63,310 nt of DNA, filler included, from Porpidia crustulata (GCA_964255105.1; 12 parts of 12 records of this genome joined end to end with filler, not necessarily neighbours in it); one strand, 5' to 3'. Counted from the whole stretch's first letter, positions 23,802 through 37,034 are shown. Program-made: numbers and translations. Notes: generated from the letters alone by a model not told the origin.

Positions 23802-25799
23802 ATGGACAACGACAACAACTCCTCACCTTTCCATGGCTCGATAACATCCAAGGTTTCTAATACCGCTGAGGAAGATTCTCCAAACCCAAAGCGTCAACGT
23901 ATGACTCGTGGAGACAGACTAGCTCGAAAATCCGTGGATTATGATATGAAATATCATCCTATGGATGACGTGGTCCGCCCAAAAGCTGCGGCTGCGGCAA
24001 AGCGGAGAGCCTTTGATCGACCTAATCAGAAGCTTCTGGACGATGAAGACGAAGGATCCCTGGATGAAGGAGCATCCGACGTACCAACATCAACACGGAA
24101 ACCTGCTGAACCACATACACCCGAGCGCATTCGTATCACTCGTGCTGGGACCTTAGGAGAGAAGGTTGTAGATTATGACATGAAACATCATCCAATGGAC
24201 GATGTCCTTCGTCCTAAGGCTACCGCAAAAAGATCAGTTTGGTTCAAATCAGTATCGCCACCTATCTTGTCGCAGAAGCTTGCCAACAGTACAAAGACGT
24301 CATCGACAGTCAAGGATGGTCCGAAAAATCCGTTCACAAAGCCTTCTCATGAGGATTGGAAAGATCTTCATGCCTTTGATCGTCGAGTGTATCTTCTACA
24401 GAAAGGATCACTTGGCAATACCTTGCCGCTGGCGTGGTCCAAAGTCGTCAAAGTCTTGATCGAGGATGGCTTCTTCACACGAGAGCAGTTCGATGCCTGG
24501 GGTGGTATTGAAGCACTAAAGTCACGTTACGAAAGTACACGTTTAGCGGTTGAGGGATTTTTTGGTGCGAAGCCGGAGCCTATAACTAAGATGGCATGGC
24601 AAGTTTTCCATGCCGAAGGATTTGAGGTTTACAAAATGGGTGTCGGTGAGAAATACTGGCCGCATTATGGCGACAGTATTGTACGTCCATTTTCTGTCAA
24701 GAAAGGGGGAGATTTGGAGCCAGCAGTTGACGTAAAGGATGTAGAAGATCCTCCCGAGGTTAGCAATTCATCTAAGATCCAGACTACAACCAGGATGGAC
24801 TCCAATGGCCTTGAGACCCGTGGCAGCGAGACAACGGTAGCGAATCTCGACTATGGGCGAGCCGCACTGGCAGCGTCACCGAATCTGTCCCACGATACAG
24901 AATATGCTCTACAAGCTGAAGATCAATTAATGGAAAGCCTCCGAAGTGCGCCTTCGTCTGAGGTTGGGACAGGGACAACTCTGATGAATGACGATGAGCT
25001 TGAAGCTATCTTGGGCGACATGGGTGCGGATAACTCGTCTGTCATGCATGTGGCAGTAGAAGAACCATCGGTTTTATCGAGAAATCTCAATCACTCGATG
25101 CTACTTTTGGAATCGTGCGACGATAGACTGCAGAAATCTACAACAGTCAACGAAGCTTCCTCCTCGAAATCTCTCTACAACTCAAGAAAACCTGCTCCAT
25201 CAGCTCCTCAAGCTGGTACTGCAGCTATAATCTTTGGAGATGTTCCTCTCAACGTACTAAAAGCTGTTCAGCGAATGGAACCGCAAATTCATAATCCTTC
25301 CAAGCGGCCATCAGGCGAAATATCCGGCATAGTTGGTCAAGGTACTTTAGGTACCGAAGAGCTCCTATCAAGATCGAAAACACCCAAAAAGGTTTATAAG
25401 AGGAGTTCCAAGACCAAGTCGTCAAATGTTGACTTTGAAGTACACGAAGATCAACCAGGAAATACACCACTCATCAAGAAGCAAATCGCTTTGCACCCAA
25501 AATCGCCTGGCACAGACGTGAAGAAAGAGAATTTTGATCATCGCAATCAGGCTGATTCGAACACCGCACATGATCGACTTCAGGATGCCCTAGTCAACTC
25601 CCCCTCAACAGTCAGACATTCCGAAGGCCGTCTTGCACGACCAAATAGCTCAAGGTTCAGATCAGCCACCTCAGCAACCCTACAACCTTCCCCGGAATAT
25701 GTCGTTGCGGATGGAAGAGTTGCTGGCAACATGAGGATGGGACCGAACGCTTTCGTCGCTCCGTTGACGCCAAGAAGTACAAGGATTCGACGTATCTGA
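23802..25799 (+). CDS. Hypothetical protein with duplicated VDYDMKxHPMDDVxRPKA motif
   Basis: 665-aa ORF, mostly low-complexity, with two copies of a ~19-aa motif and a central aromatic-rich segment. Confidence 0.75.
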   Translation: MDNDNNSSPFHGSITSKVSNTAEEDSPNPKRQRMTRGDRLARKSVDYDMKYHPMDDVVRPKAAAAAKRRAFDRPNQKLLDDEDEGSLDEGASDVPTSTRKPAEPHTPERIRITRAGTLGEKVVDYDMKHHPMDDVLRPKATAKRSVWFKSVSPPILSQKLANSTKTSSTVKDGPKNPFTKPSHEDWKDLHAFDRRVYLLQKGSLGNTLPLAWSKVVKVLIEDGFFTREQFDAWGGIEALKSRYESTRLAVEGFFGAKPEPITKMAWQVFHAEGFEVYKMGVGEKYWPHYGDSIVRPFSVKKGGDLEPAVDVKDVEDPPEVSNSSKIQTTTRMDSNGLETRGSETTVANLDYGRAALAASPNLSHDTEYALQAEDQLMESLRSAPSSEVGTGTTLMNDDELEAILGDMGADNSSVMHVAVEEPSVLSRNLNHSMLLLESCDDRLQKSTTVNEASSSKSLYNSRKPAPSAPQAGTAAIIFGDVPLNVLKAVQRMEPQIHNPSKRPSGEISGIVGQGTLGTEELLSRSKTPKKVYKRSSKTKSSNVDFEVHEDQPGNTPLIKKQIALHPKSPGTDVKKENFDHRNQADSNTAHDRLQDALVNSPSTVRHSEGRLARPNSSRFRSATSATLQPSPEYVVADGRVAGNMRMGPNAFVAPLTPRSTRIRRI

Positions 25800-26368
25800 G
25801 CGTCCAATCAGAGATGAATGAATTTACTTATCGGCAAGAACGGGGATATCCGTGTCTGCAGTCCATGACTTTGCTTCATGGCTACAAACATATCTGTCGA
25901 GCTCATACGCCATCTCGCTTTCGGCTACAATCTAGTGGATGGCTGCCGCTCAGGAATCTCAGCAAGACGAAACCATAGTGGATCAAAGGTACGGAGGTGA
26001 GGACTCTGCTGAAACTGATTCTGCTCGGTATTCTGGAATTTATCCTTGCACATTCTTGCTTCGGCTTTCTGCTTTTTCTTGCTGCAGAGGAAATTTACAT
26101 TGATATGCCACAAACGGCAACGCTATTACTATCATAAGCTATCTATCACAAATTACAAACGTATGCTTCCTTCACTGATGCTCCATGCTTATCTCCTCTT
26201 TCAATTCCCCTATAATCGCAAAGGACTTATCCCTGGTAAAACATCACAAACATCAGGATACCATCACGCCCTCGACTTGTCCTAAACCCCAAAATAGCAC
26301 ACACACAGCCGGTGCCTGCAAATATCCTATGCCATCCCTACTACCCTTACTACCCTTCACTCTTCTTC

Positions 26369-26468
26369 NNNNNNNNNNNNNNNNNNNNNNNNNNNNNNNN
26401 NNNNNNNNNNNNTTAATTAATTAANNNNNNNNNNNNNNNNNNNNNNNNNNNNNNNNNNNNNNNNNNNN
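26369..26468. other. Artificial contig-joining spacer
   Basis: N44-TTAATTAATTAA-N44. Confidence 0.98.
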
Positions 26469-27501
26469 GGGTTTGGGGGGAGCGGAGCGTTGTATTGGGG
26501 TTATAACATGGAAAAAGGAAATTTCCCTCTGATGTGGAAGAGGATAAGAGACAATTTTCTAGCCTCATCGAACGAGGAGGTAACTGGATTCTTCGCTTTC
26601 AGAAATAAGACATACCAAGGGGATCGCAACGGAACCGTTAGCAGCTCCGCATCAATATTTCCCCTACAAGAGTGTGGTTCGAGAAATCGAAAGTAGAGAA
26701 GTTATTTTCCATTTCTGAAAGAGACATTTTCATCGAGTTGGGTGCATCCCTTAGTTGGATCGATTAGGCTGCTGTACGTCGATACGTCAAAGTAGACAAC
26801 TGGATTATTTGCTTTCATTTCTACACAGAACCATTCGAAAACGACAGAGCAGAAGTGTCAAGAGAAATATTTGCAAAGGTATAGAAGACGAGCTGCACAA
26901 AAAGCGATACTGTCATATGGTTGTCGTTTGTTGTCATTTGTTGTCTAGAAGGTGGAAAAGTAAGACTCTGTGACTGGGCGGTTACAGGGCTGAATGATCT
27001 TATCGATAGCATGGCCGAAAGAAGTAATGTTTTCCCTCCCTCAACCCACGCACCACGATGTCTTCAAGCTTTTTCGTTCTCCGCAATCATTTGCAACAGA
27101 GGATCAGACGAATTCACAGGGTCAGGACCGTATTCAATTTACCGCTGTCCCACATGCAGCAAAATAGTCCCCGCCATCCCACCATGAGGGGCATTCACCC
27201 CACCCTCGACTATGGATATCTCAACTTCAGCAGTAACTCAATATCCTCTTCCTCTTATCATTGATCCATTCTATCTTTCTCTTTATCATCCACAAGCTCT
27301 CACCTGCATCTGTACATTGTGTAGTCACATACATTGAGCTGCATATAAGGTATGTACATATAGCTATCATGGACAGGTCGTTTTCCACGGAATTCCAAGT
27401 CCAACATCTCTTTTTGTGCCAGCGTACTAAGAATGGGTTCTTTCGTCAGCTCACTCAAGAATCGAAGCACTAAGCCAACCGAGAAATCATTCACCACTCC
27501 A

Positions 27502-27943
27502 ATGGCCGTCCCAGCTTTTTCCCACTTTCCCAACGCCCAAACAGAGTTCAAGCCCCCTCTTATCGCCAATAACAACGCCTTCCTCGGCGATGTAGTCTCA
27601 AGGTACTTCTCCCCTCTCATCAACTTTGTACCTGATTAAACCTACGAATCGCCTCTTGACTGATATTCCTCCCTCTCCCAGCGAGCACCTCTCCCCCGAT
27701 ACCCCGATATCCGCTGGCTTCTACCGCCTCGAACCCGGCCCAGAACTCGTATATAACTATACCTACGACGAGTGTAAGATCATTGTGGATGGGGACTTTG
27801 AGATTTCGGATGAGACTGGGAAGAAAGTGAAGGCAGGGAAGGGGGATGTGTTCTTTTTCCCAAAGGGAAGTAAGATTACATTTAAGACCGAGAAGGGAGG
27901 TTTGGGGTTTTATTGTGGACAGAGGAAGAGTGAGCCTTGTTGA
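27502..27943 (+). CDS. EutQ-like cupin (Cupin_3) protein
   Basis: NAFLGDVVSS/..PISAGFYRLEPGPELVYNYTYDECKIIVDG..GDVFFFPKGSKITF; intron 27603-27681; possible upstream in-frame ATG at 27433. Confidence 0.85.
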
Positions 27944-29505
27944 CTGAACGCTGGTAGACATGTAGCTTACTTGAAACAGAGGACACGGCCTAAAGTGGAT
28001 GTATGCGAGGAAACTTGGTAGGGGTGATGAGACGATAGTCGTTTGGTGCTGGAAAACACTTCATTCATTGCGTCTTGAAATCTGTCAACTTGGTTGCGTT
28101 ACATACGATTCAAGTAATTCTCGGACATCTATCATCCATAGACTTAATGGAAATCCATGTATGAAAATCCCCCTTGGTGGAGAGACATTCTTGCCTTTGG
28201 ATACGAGATGTGACTTAAAACATCCATCTACCAACAGTGCTTTACACTTGCGAAAGAGACGAGCTGAACTGGTTCTCAATTTCTCTTGTGTTTATCTCGC
28301 CAATCAGTCATCTCGCAGTCATTTGTCATTTATTTATGTTATTTTTGGTACTTGAGACTCGTTCTGCAAGCCCTCCACATTCTGGATGATTACTACCTAC
28401 GATTGCTGCATCCGGTGCATCCGCTACACCTTCCTACGCTTTTGACAATTCTACCACAAGGAGCTGAAGTATGTGACCATCACTACGATTCTTGTTCCCA
28501 TGATCAAAGTTGATGATGCATATTGTGGGTCGCCACATGTGGATCAATGATGCAGTACCTGAGACACTTGAAATAATTGTCATTAGGAATTTCAACAAGA
28601 AGCCTGAGCATGGCCTTGAATATTCAGCTATTCGACAGAATTGGGCAAGCCGTTTGTGTAATTGTAGCAGATGGTGTGTGAGAGCCTTGGTAGGGATTGG
28701 ATGAAGGCTTGATAGAAGTATATATTAAATAGCTCCGTAATGGATTTGTACGGGAACTTGAGAAGGGACCCTCTCGAATGTAGGTTGATAGCGAGAAGTT
28801 ATGACTATAAGAGTGAACGGTGGATAGCCAAAGGCCTGATCTGTTCACTTACATAGGTCATATACATGATTTGAACCCGAATATGAATACTGTGGTCTTG
28901 ATACATACATGTTATTCGATTTAGCTAGTGATGATACCTCGGCAATACGCTGATACGCAGTGATTGGCGGCTAAATCTGAATACGGCTTAGCTTGAAATT
29001 AGTGCTGTTCGGTGGAAAAGAAAATGGCAGATTGCGTTCCTTACTCCACTTTCTTACAAACTTACGTATTGTAAAGACTTCAAGTCCATCCAAAGCACCA
29101 GAAACACAACCCCCACTAGTGGAATAATAGTCGTATTGCTCCAAGTCAACTTACAAAAACAAACCAAACCACGAAAAACACGAAAACCGCAACGCTGAAT
29201 TTACCTGACTGGACTGCCTACGGTAGCCCCATACCAAATTGCGACACTTGGAACGACGAAGTGCCAATGATGGGGAGAATTGGTGACAATGACGTCCACG
29301 CTGCTTATGTCGAGTTCCGCGCAAAGGAGTCGGACAAGGTGATCCATCCCTTACTGCCATCAATTATCTACTTCATCTTCCTCTCCTTACTTATATATGT
29401 ACTCAGTGTCTTTCGGCGCAATGTATTTACTGTCAATCCGTCCGCGCGAAGAATACCTCGCGTCAACGTTCACACCTACTGGAATGTCCAAATTACCTCA
29501 GCGCC

Positions 29506-30248
29506 ATGAAGGAACACAATCCCGACAACCCAATCCTACATGAAGCTGTCAACGGTAGTACTCCAGTGCCAACACCTGTCAAAACCCCCAAGAAGAGAGA
29601 TCTCGATACCATGATCAATGGATTTCAAGGCGATTCTTCCGCGTCTCGGTCGTATCCTATTCCGAAGCCAAGCCTCGAGCGTGATTTCCAAATGAGCGTG
29701 CAATTGAATCCAAAAATTTCCGTCGGCCCTGGTATCTGGGGTCAACGTAATTGGATCAGCTTCATCAGTGGCCACTGGAATGGTCGTTGGGGAAAGGGTA
29801 CCGTCGTTGTGAGTCCATCAGTCTATTGTCGCTTCCAACTGCATTGTTCCTATTACTGACATAACACCCAGCCTGGCGGCCAAGACTCTCAACTTGTCGC
29901 TCCTGACCTCTCCACCCACCTCGACAGTAACTTCCTCCTTCAGACACATGACCACCCACCGGCCTTCATTTCTGTCAAGACTGATGGCTGGAGAGTTGGG
30001 CCGCGGGAAGTCCTTGAGAAGCTCGAGGATGCAGCTCAAGCGGACGAGGTCGACCCGAAATCGTATTCATTCAGACTATATGTGCACATGGAGACTGGGG
30101 ATACGAGGTACCTGCACCTGAATACAGGGATGTGGATTGGAAGTGGAGTGCGTAGGGGCACTGAGAGTACGTATTCATAACACTCTAGTAAGTTTCGGTA
30201 AAGCTAACATAAATCCAAGTCATCTACGACGCCTACCGTGTTGTCTGA
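29506..30248 (+). CDS. DUF3237 (UPF0311) beta-barrel protein
   Basis: GQRNWISFISGHW..GTVV/PGGQDSQL..YSFRLYVHMETGDTRYLHLN..WIGSG.R../IYDAYRV*; two introns. Confidence 0.85.
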
Positions 30249-31358
30249 GCTGATCAGCCATACTGTTGATCCAAATGATAATTTAGCTCGTATTTCGTCA
30301 TCTGGTTCAACACCCCGCGGGTATCTCATACACATATTTTTCAATCGAAATTTGGCAGGCAGGTGACTTGTAGGGAATGGGAGTTTGCTCAGCGGGTGGC
30401 TTCTAGGATTATGGCACAGGAAATTTTATGAGGGTAAAGGGGCCCTCATGGGGGTTTGCAACTGCTTTTCATTCACATCATTTCACTCCATATCTGTACT
30501 TTTATTCCAGTTGGTAAAAGGTAAGGTAGGTTTTACGAGAAAAGAATATACCCCCGAGTAGGGTATCCCATTCATTTCTTATTAAAAATGATCTCGTTGT
30601 CCATCATTCTATGCCAGTATTATTTCCACATCATTCCACCGTGCTATCCTCATCTATTCCGCACGCGCACATCTTTCAACCCTCATCGCACCGCTTGTCT
30701 CGTCTCCCCACAATTTTCATACCAAAGTTCCTTCCCTCCATCTCACCGTCATTACCAATGGCCTCACTCAGCAGGGTTAGGGAATGGGGTGTATATTGAG
30801 TGGTATCCTGCATTATACATCACTCGTATAATCTCCCATCGCATCGAATCAGCTTTTCGTCTTCAACATTTTATCCATTACCTCAGCTCCAATTTTCAAA
30901 ACAAACACTTTCATAATCACAAAATTCTCTTTTTCTATTTTCCAATTCCTCTCAAAAATATTATACGCCAAAAACTCCTCTCCATCTCAAACGGAAACGG
31001 AATACATCATATTTTTCTCACGCAAGTCCAGCTTGACTATTTACAACCCCATCATCAACCGCTACCAAGGAAAAAAATCCACTAACCTCGCTTACTCGTG
31101 CCTCACAACCTCACTCACACTGTCGTAAACCACCAGATCCGCGATCGAAGAGGCCGCGCTCACAGATGCGGAGATAGCAAGATTATTCTTGCTCGGCATC
31201 GAGGCTGGAGCTGTGTGAGAATAAGAGGATTTGCCATCTCCAGACGAAGCAGCGATCCGCGACGAACACGACCCGCGCGCTCGACCAACCGGATCCGCTC
31301 CCATCCTCGTCCGGCCCCCAACAAAAGACCTCATCTCCTCCCTTCTCCGCGCCAACCC

Positions 31359-31652
31359 TCACGCCTCCACATTCCGCACCGCCACGCTCCGATATCGTCT
31401 CGGATCCACACGCGTCACCTCCGCCCTGCGCGACACGTCGCCCACCTGAATCCGTGCCGTTCCCGCGCCTTCCCCCTTCCTCCCCGCCTCCTCCTTCTTC
31501 TCGTTCGCGGGGGCCCGGTCGCCGTCGTGCCGGCGGTCCCGTGTCACGGCCGCCCGGATGCGCGCGGCGCTGGGGTAGTCGACTTGGTTGGGGGAGGTGA
31601 GTTGTTGGTCGATGGTGCGGAGGTTGGCGTGCTTGGGGCGGGAGTGCGGGTT
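31359..31652 (-). CDS. 3' end of an unidentified protein (5' truncated)
   Basis: Frame open from the contig end, NPHSRPKHANLRTIDQQ...VRNVEA*, with strong G/C third-position bias. Confidence 0.35.
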   Translation of the reverse strand, partial: NPHSRPKHANLRTIDQQLTSPNQVDYPSAARIRAAVTRDRRHDGDRAPANEKKEEAGRKGEGAGTARIQVGDVSRRAEVTRVDPRRYRSVAVRNVEA

Positions 31653-31752
31653 NNNNNNNNNNNNNNNNNNNNNNNNNNNNNNNNNNNNNNNNNNNNTTAA
31701 TTAATTAANNNNNNNNNNNNNNNNNNNNNNNNNNNNNNNNNNNNNNNNNNNN
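31653..31752. other. Artificial contig-joining spacer
   Basis: N44-TTAATTAATTAA-N44. Confidence 0.98.
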
Positions 31753-32102
31753 TGGCTACAGGGCTAGATGAGTCTGGTGTATCTTAGTAATGGGAGAACG
31801 GGGAAAGCGAAATGCGACCAAAGTCAGGAGGACATTCATCAGAGCACAGAAACCTTTACGAGATGGAAACATGGCGTAGTAACAGGCAAACTGCAGAGTC
31901 GAGTAGGAGCCATCATTCCTACCACCTTCGATCTATTTTTCCTAACGGCGCCTAGACTGAAGTGTCGTGATAGTACAAACCCTCATCCCGTTGAAGATTT
32001 TCCAGATTGCAACTAATAAGAAATTTCCATAATTTCGTTAAGATCGTGATTTCGTGAATTGGTTTCCGCTTTTGAGATTTCCCAGCTTTGAAAATCCCTG
32101 GT

Positions 32103-33297
32103 TCATCGATGATCTAGCAGATTGCTTTGGATATCCTGAAGAATCCTCAATATGCTCGTGATACCCTGAAGCAGGTTTTCGTCCCGGCCTTTGCCGGGGG
32201 TCCACTCGGCGTGAGCAAAGTCGATGAGTTTGAGGGCTTGGATGCCGGGTTCTTCTTCATCGTCTTCGTCACTGCTGCCTTCGGTTTCTGCGGCGCTGCC
32301 AGTGGTTGGCGTGTCGGAACCGGTGGTGCCATTTTCACGCACCGTGGTGCTGTTTCCATCAGAAGAAGGTTGCGCGATCATCGAAGTCGTTTCCTTCTTC
32401 TTCTCCTTCTCCTTTTCAAAGGCCTCCTGGAGGGCTTCGTCGTCACCTTCGTAAACGAAGAGAAGGCTAGCAGAGTACATTCTGCTCTCCTCATTTTCCA
32501 AGACCGCACGCATAGCCCTGAGGTCAGCAATGAATCTCCTTATGACCCTCCTTACATTTTTACTATCGCGGCTAGTACTGTTCAAGCGCAAGTACTCCTT
32601 GAAACCTTGGCCTACGGTATCGGAGGTGAACTGCTTCCCGTAATTCTTGCCGTAGTGGGTGTACCCGTCAGGTTGGACATCATCCTGGCCGGTTGCATCA
32701 AAGCCCTGCCACAGTCTCATACCACAGATGCGAAAGCCGAGAGATGCGCTTGTTGTCTGTGATGCAGCCTCATCGAGCCTCTTACGCTTCTCTATTGGAG
32801 CGTCATCAGCCCACAGTCGTGCGCCGAGTTTGACGTCCAGAATATTAGGTTTCTTAAAACCAGCAGCAACATTCTCCATAACAATTGCCGAATCTGTTGT
32901 GATCTTACCGCCGTTTGAAGGCGCCCAAGCTTTCTCAATTGTCGCAGCATTTACCACTTGCGGTTGGCCAGACAATTGATTGTTGAGAACGTCAGGATGG
33001 ATAAGCGCAGCTGGGGCCAGAGCTTGGCTTGCTTCTGACGAGAGAGCTAGAGTACCAATAAAATTGGGTGCATGTTGAGCAAAGTCGGGATGTAGAGATA
33101 ACGACTCGTAGAATGCGATTTCGGCCTGCTTGCAGGGTTTGACGACGATTGAGCCGGATGGGTCCGACAAAACTCCGTCACTGTTCCATATTAGAGCTCA
33201 CACTGGGCCAGAGATGATAGTTAGGATTGACTCACTGGCCAGCTGCAACGTTGTTGAAAGCAATGAGCTGTGACTTTCGAAAGGATTTCTGGGCCAT
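32103..33297 (-). CDS. ARG82: Inositol polyphosphate multikinase (Ipk2/Arg82)
   Basis: AAGH/DGVLSD across an intron; EIAFYES; PNILDVKLG (PxxxDxKxG); TTSASLGFRICGM; YSASLLFVYEGD; LIDFAHA. Confidence 0.92.
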
Positions 33298-34145
33298 AGT
33301 TAGGCAGGCCTATGCTTGATCAATTACATATTCGGATCATTATAGGAAGAGGAGCATAATAGCCCGAGCCTTTGAAGGCTCTAAGCCTCGCTCAAGGATG
33401 GGTAGCCTCGTGTCGCTGCGTGGTTTCATGTAGGATTAGAAACCATGGAGCTAAGAGAGCTCTCCACGAATAAGAAGAAGAAAAAGGGTACGTACCCATA
33501 AGCGAGGTGATGATGCTGACTAATCCAAATTTATCCGATTTCCTCAATTCCCGTTTTAGTAACGATCAATAGATTCTTGAGGAGTTGAGATCATAGACCC
33601 GAGAATCAGAGTGAGAAATGAAGTAATTGAGTTCATCAGAATACGGGATGAAGCTGACGATTGAGAAATTGTAAAGCAAGAAGATGGGGCGATATAGTAG
33701 TGAGGTAATGAACAGTATGAGGTAGGTTTGGTTTGCTGGACAAACAATGAAGCCAAACTGGCATAATCCAGCTGATCATATGTGATGCAATGCGTGACAT
33801 CGATATTTCCTCATCTATTGTTCCCAGTCACATTACTTTACTCAAGTTATGTCGGATGTTGACGACTGACGTCAAAAATCCTTTTCACAACATTACAATT
33901 CACTTCCTCTATTCATTGGTCTATTCGCCAGGCTTTGTGTATGTCCCTCAAGGTAACAATGGGATACATGCAGCTTCACGAGCGAGCCTGGTCATGCTGA
34001 TCACTACACCCCACAAATCCGTTGATCCGCCTCAACTCTCCTTCTAAATAGACTTACATCATATCATGACCTCTCATAATTCCTGACTTCAATCTGTGGC
34101 TTACCCTATTGCTCAAGCATACACCAGTCTGATCCCTGGGCCAAT

Positions 34146-35876
34146 ATGGCCGACCAAGATGTTGAGCCTCCAGCATTGGAGAGCAAGATCTTTTCCGCAC
34201 TGGAAGATATGGGGTTTAACCCTAAGAATGAGGCGGCAGGATTCAGTGAAGATATATCTCAGGGTGGGAACCCCAACTTGGTAATCGATGGAATATCGGA
34301 CGATGAAGATGAAGCCATAGCCCAACCACAGAAGAATGGAAATGTCAAGACCAACGGCCATCCAGCCAAGCTACCCGAGGATAAAGGCGTGATAGTAGAA
34401 GACGAACCGGAACAAGCATCGTTCGGGAATGAGAGTGACAATCAAGTCAACGATGGGGAAGTGACTGGTGCCGTGCCTACAGGTGAAGGGATAGCCCCGA
34501 AAAAGAAGAAAAAGAAGTCAAAGGCTAAAAGCAAGAGGGGAAAGGTCCAACCTACCGGCTTCGAGGAATACTACGTCGATGCGCCTGTCACTCCAGCGAT
34601 CTTCCAAGAGGAGAAAGGTTTATACGATGCATCCCTTCCATTCAGCGAGCGTATCGAAATAGCCATCCAACGCTATGTAGCCAAACGCAACCTCGACTCG
34701 ACACGCAAAGACCTTTTCGATAAGTACCTGGCATATGGCGGCATCGAAGCTGGCACAAACCCATTTGGTGGTGTTGGCCAGAAAGACATGAAGAACATGG
34801 ACGCCGCAGAGGTTGCTCGCATGAAAGCCCGGCATTTCGTTGCTGCCGACAAGGACAACGTCAGCGACCCGCACTTTGTCGTTGATTTCGAAGCCTGTGC
34901 AGCAGCGTTCCTATCCTCCCGCCTTCCCGTCATCTACGATCTTACCTCCCTCCAGCAGATCAAATCCTACACAACTATCATCTTCAACTTTCTGAACTAC
35001 CTCCTTCACCATGACGTCTGCGTCGATCATACGTCTCAAATCTATGCCTCTCGGACCCTTTGTATCCTCGCCGAGAAAGAATTGTGGCAGATTGTCCAAG
35101 CACAAACCATGCTCCCCGGTGACTTCAACACCGCTTGTTCCGAGATCTTCGGCGGGATCCTCAGAGGATTATATACCACAGGCGACGAGGAATGGTCACA
35201 AGGTGTCGACATGCAGCGAGGAATCAGTCCCGAAACGGCACGGAAAGTGTTCAAGATTGGCTTGGCGGCAAGAGCCGGCAAAGACATTTTCGAAAGGTAC
35301 AAAGCCCAGAGCGAGTCGAAAAGCATCAAAATCAGCAGTGTCACCGACGTCGGCTTCGAAGTCACCGAGATCATCCCCGCGACCACTCAAGTCCTAAACA
35401 TCTACGCCCACAAACTTGCCAAAGGCCTCCAGCCCCTCGGTCTCCTCAGAGCAAAATCCTGGCGCAATCCCACCGGCGACGACGAAGACCTTACCGAGGA
35501 GGAAGAAGCCGCCGCCGCCAACGCCCATCAAGAGGCCAAGGATTATGAGTTCTGGGTGGAAGATCATATCCTGGACAAGTGCTTCGTGGGCATGAAACTC
35601 GAAACGACGGTCACGGAGCTCAGCTTCGGGGTCTCGTACTTTGACGCGGTGTTTGGGGTGTACTGCTCGTTTCACCGGGTGCTGCCGAATGCGATGATGT
35701 ACGGATGGAGGGAGGCTGGGCCGAGGTTGCCGATGAGGGAGAAGGCCAAGGCGGCTCGGTGGGATGAGGCTGGTGAGAAGGAGGATGATGGAGATGGAGA
35801 TGGAGGTAATGCTGGAGTGGAAGGTGATGCGCTTGATGAGGCGGGAAATGGCGCTTCAGACGTGAAAGGAGCTTGA
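34146..35876 (+). CDS. ARB1: Argonaute siRNA chaperone (ARC) complex subunit Arb1-like
   Basis: PTGFEEYYVDAPVTP...YD..LPFSERIEIAIQRY; FLNYLLHHDVC; PGDFNTACSEIFGG; CSFH..LPN. Confidence 0.85.
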   Translation: MADQDVEPPALESKIFSALEDMGFNPKNEAAGFSEDISQGGNPNLVIDGISDDEDEAIAQPQKNGNVKTNGHPAKLPEDKGVIVEDEPEQASFGNESDNQVNDGEVTGAVPTGEGIAPKKKKKKSKAKSKRGKVQPTGFEEYYVDAPVTPAIFQEEKGLYDASLPFSERIEIAIQRYVAKRNLDSTRKDLFDKYLAYGGIEAGTNPFGGVGQKDMKNMDAAEVARMKARHFVAADKDNVSDPHFVVDFEACAAAFLSSRLPVIYDLTSLQQIKSYTTIIFNFLNYLLHHDVCVDHTSQIYASRTLCILAEKELWQIVQAQTMLPGDFNTACSEIFGGILRGLYTTGDEEWSQGVDMQRGISPETARKVFKIGLAARAGKDIFERYKAQSESKSIKISSVTDVGFEVTEIIPATTQVLNIYAHKLAKGLQPLGLLRAKSWRNPTGDDEDLTEEEEAAAANAHQEAKDYEFWVEDHILDKCFVGMKLETTVTELSFGVSYFDAVFGVYCSFHRVLPNAMMYGWREAGPRLPMREKAKAARWDEAGEKEDDGDGDGGNAGVEGDALDEAGNGASDVKGA

Positions 35877-35941
35877 AGGGAAAGTATGGAATCGATGCGC
35901 CGAACAGGCGATAAACACTTCATTTGATACAAATTCTCAAT

Positions 35942-36934
35942 CTACGGCGTCATAAGCAGCTTGCCCATGGTCTTCCGACTCTCAATATCCTGCAACGATT
36001 ATTTCAGCGATCTTCCTCGTCAAAATCGATCAAGCATCAGCATCACTTACCTCGTGCGCCCGAACCACATCCTTCAACGGATAGATTTCGTGAATCCGGA
36101 CGGTGAATTTGCTCTCGAGCATCAGCTTCCACAGCTCGTTGGCGTAGTATTCTGTTTCTTCCCGCGTGTAGATGTAGTTGAACAGCGTCGGCCGGAGAAC
36201 CTTGCAGTTCTTTGCGCTCAGTCTCCTAGAATCGGGTTTTAGTATTCCGAAATCATCATCTCCAAAATATTTCCCACCCGACCATATAGTCCCCCTGCTC
36301 TCAGCGAATCACAAAGGGGAAAAAAAAGGACTCACGAAATGAGCAACGGCTCTACCGCCCCGCTCGCATTCCCATAGCTCACCACCGTCCCCTTCCGCGC
36401 CACACACTCCAAACTCCGCTTGAACGTCACCTTCCCCACGCTATCAAACACCGCCACCACCCCCTCTCCCCCCGTCCGCTCTCGCACTACCTTTAACACA
36501 TCGTCCTCTCCCTCCACCAGGACTACCTCCGTCCCCTGCTCCACCGCAACCGCCACCTTCTCCCGCCTGCTCACTGTGCCGATCGTGTGCACGCCCCTCG
36601 CCTTCAGCACCTGCGTCAGCCAGCCCCCAACCCCTCCCGTCGCTGCTGTTACGAGCACCCAATCACCCCGTCGCACGGCGTGTGCCTCCGTCACGAGCGT
36701 CAGTGCCGTCAGGCCCTGCAGAATGGCGGCGCAAGCGTCGGCAGATGAGATTTCAGCGGGGATCTTGAGGACCTTGTCAGCAGGCGCAGCGCTGAATTCT
36801 GCATAGCTCTCCGTGCCAATCCAAACTACGCGATCGCCAATAGCGAGGCTGTCAGCGCCGGTGGAAGGGGGCGTGGTAGGACCGAGGGCGACGATGGTGC
36901 CGGCGGCTGCGCGGCCGAGGATGAGGCGGAGGGG
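35942..36934 (-). CDS. ZTA1: NADPH:quinone oxidoreductase (zeta-crystallin/Zta1), 5' truncated
   Basis: AILQGLTALT; LVTAATGGVG; VFDSVGK; SYGNASG; RPTLFNYI; ESRKTMGKLL; two introns near the 3' end. Confidence 0.88.
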
Positions 36935-37034
36935 NNNNNNNNNNNNNNNNNNNNNNNNNNNNNNNNNNNNNNNNNNNNTTAATTAATTAANNNNNNNNNN
37001 NNNNNNNNNNNNNNNNNNNNNNNNNNNNNNNNNN
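36935..37034. other. Artificial contig-joining spacer
   Basis: N44-TTAATTAATTAA-N44. Confidence 0.98.
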
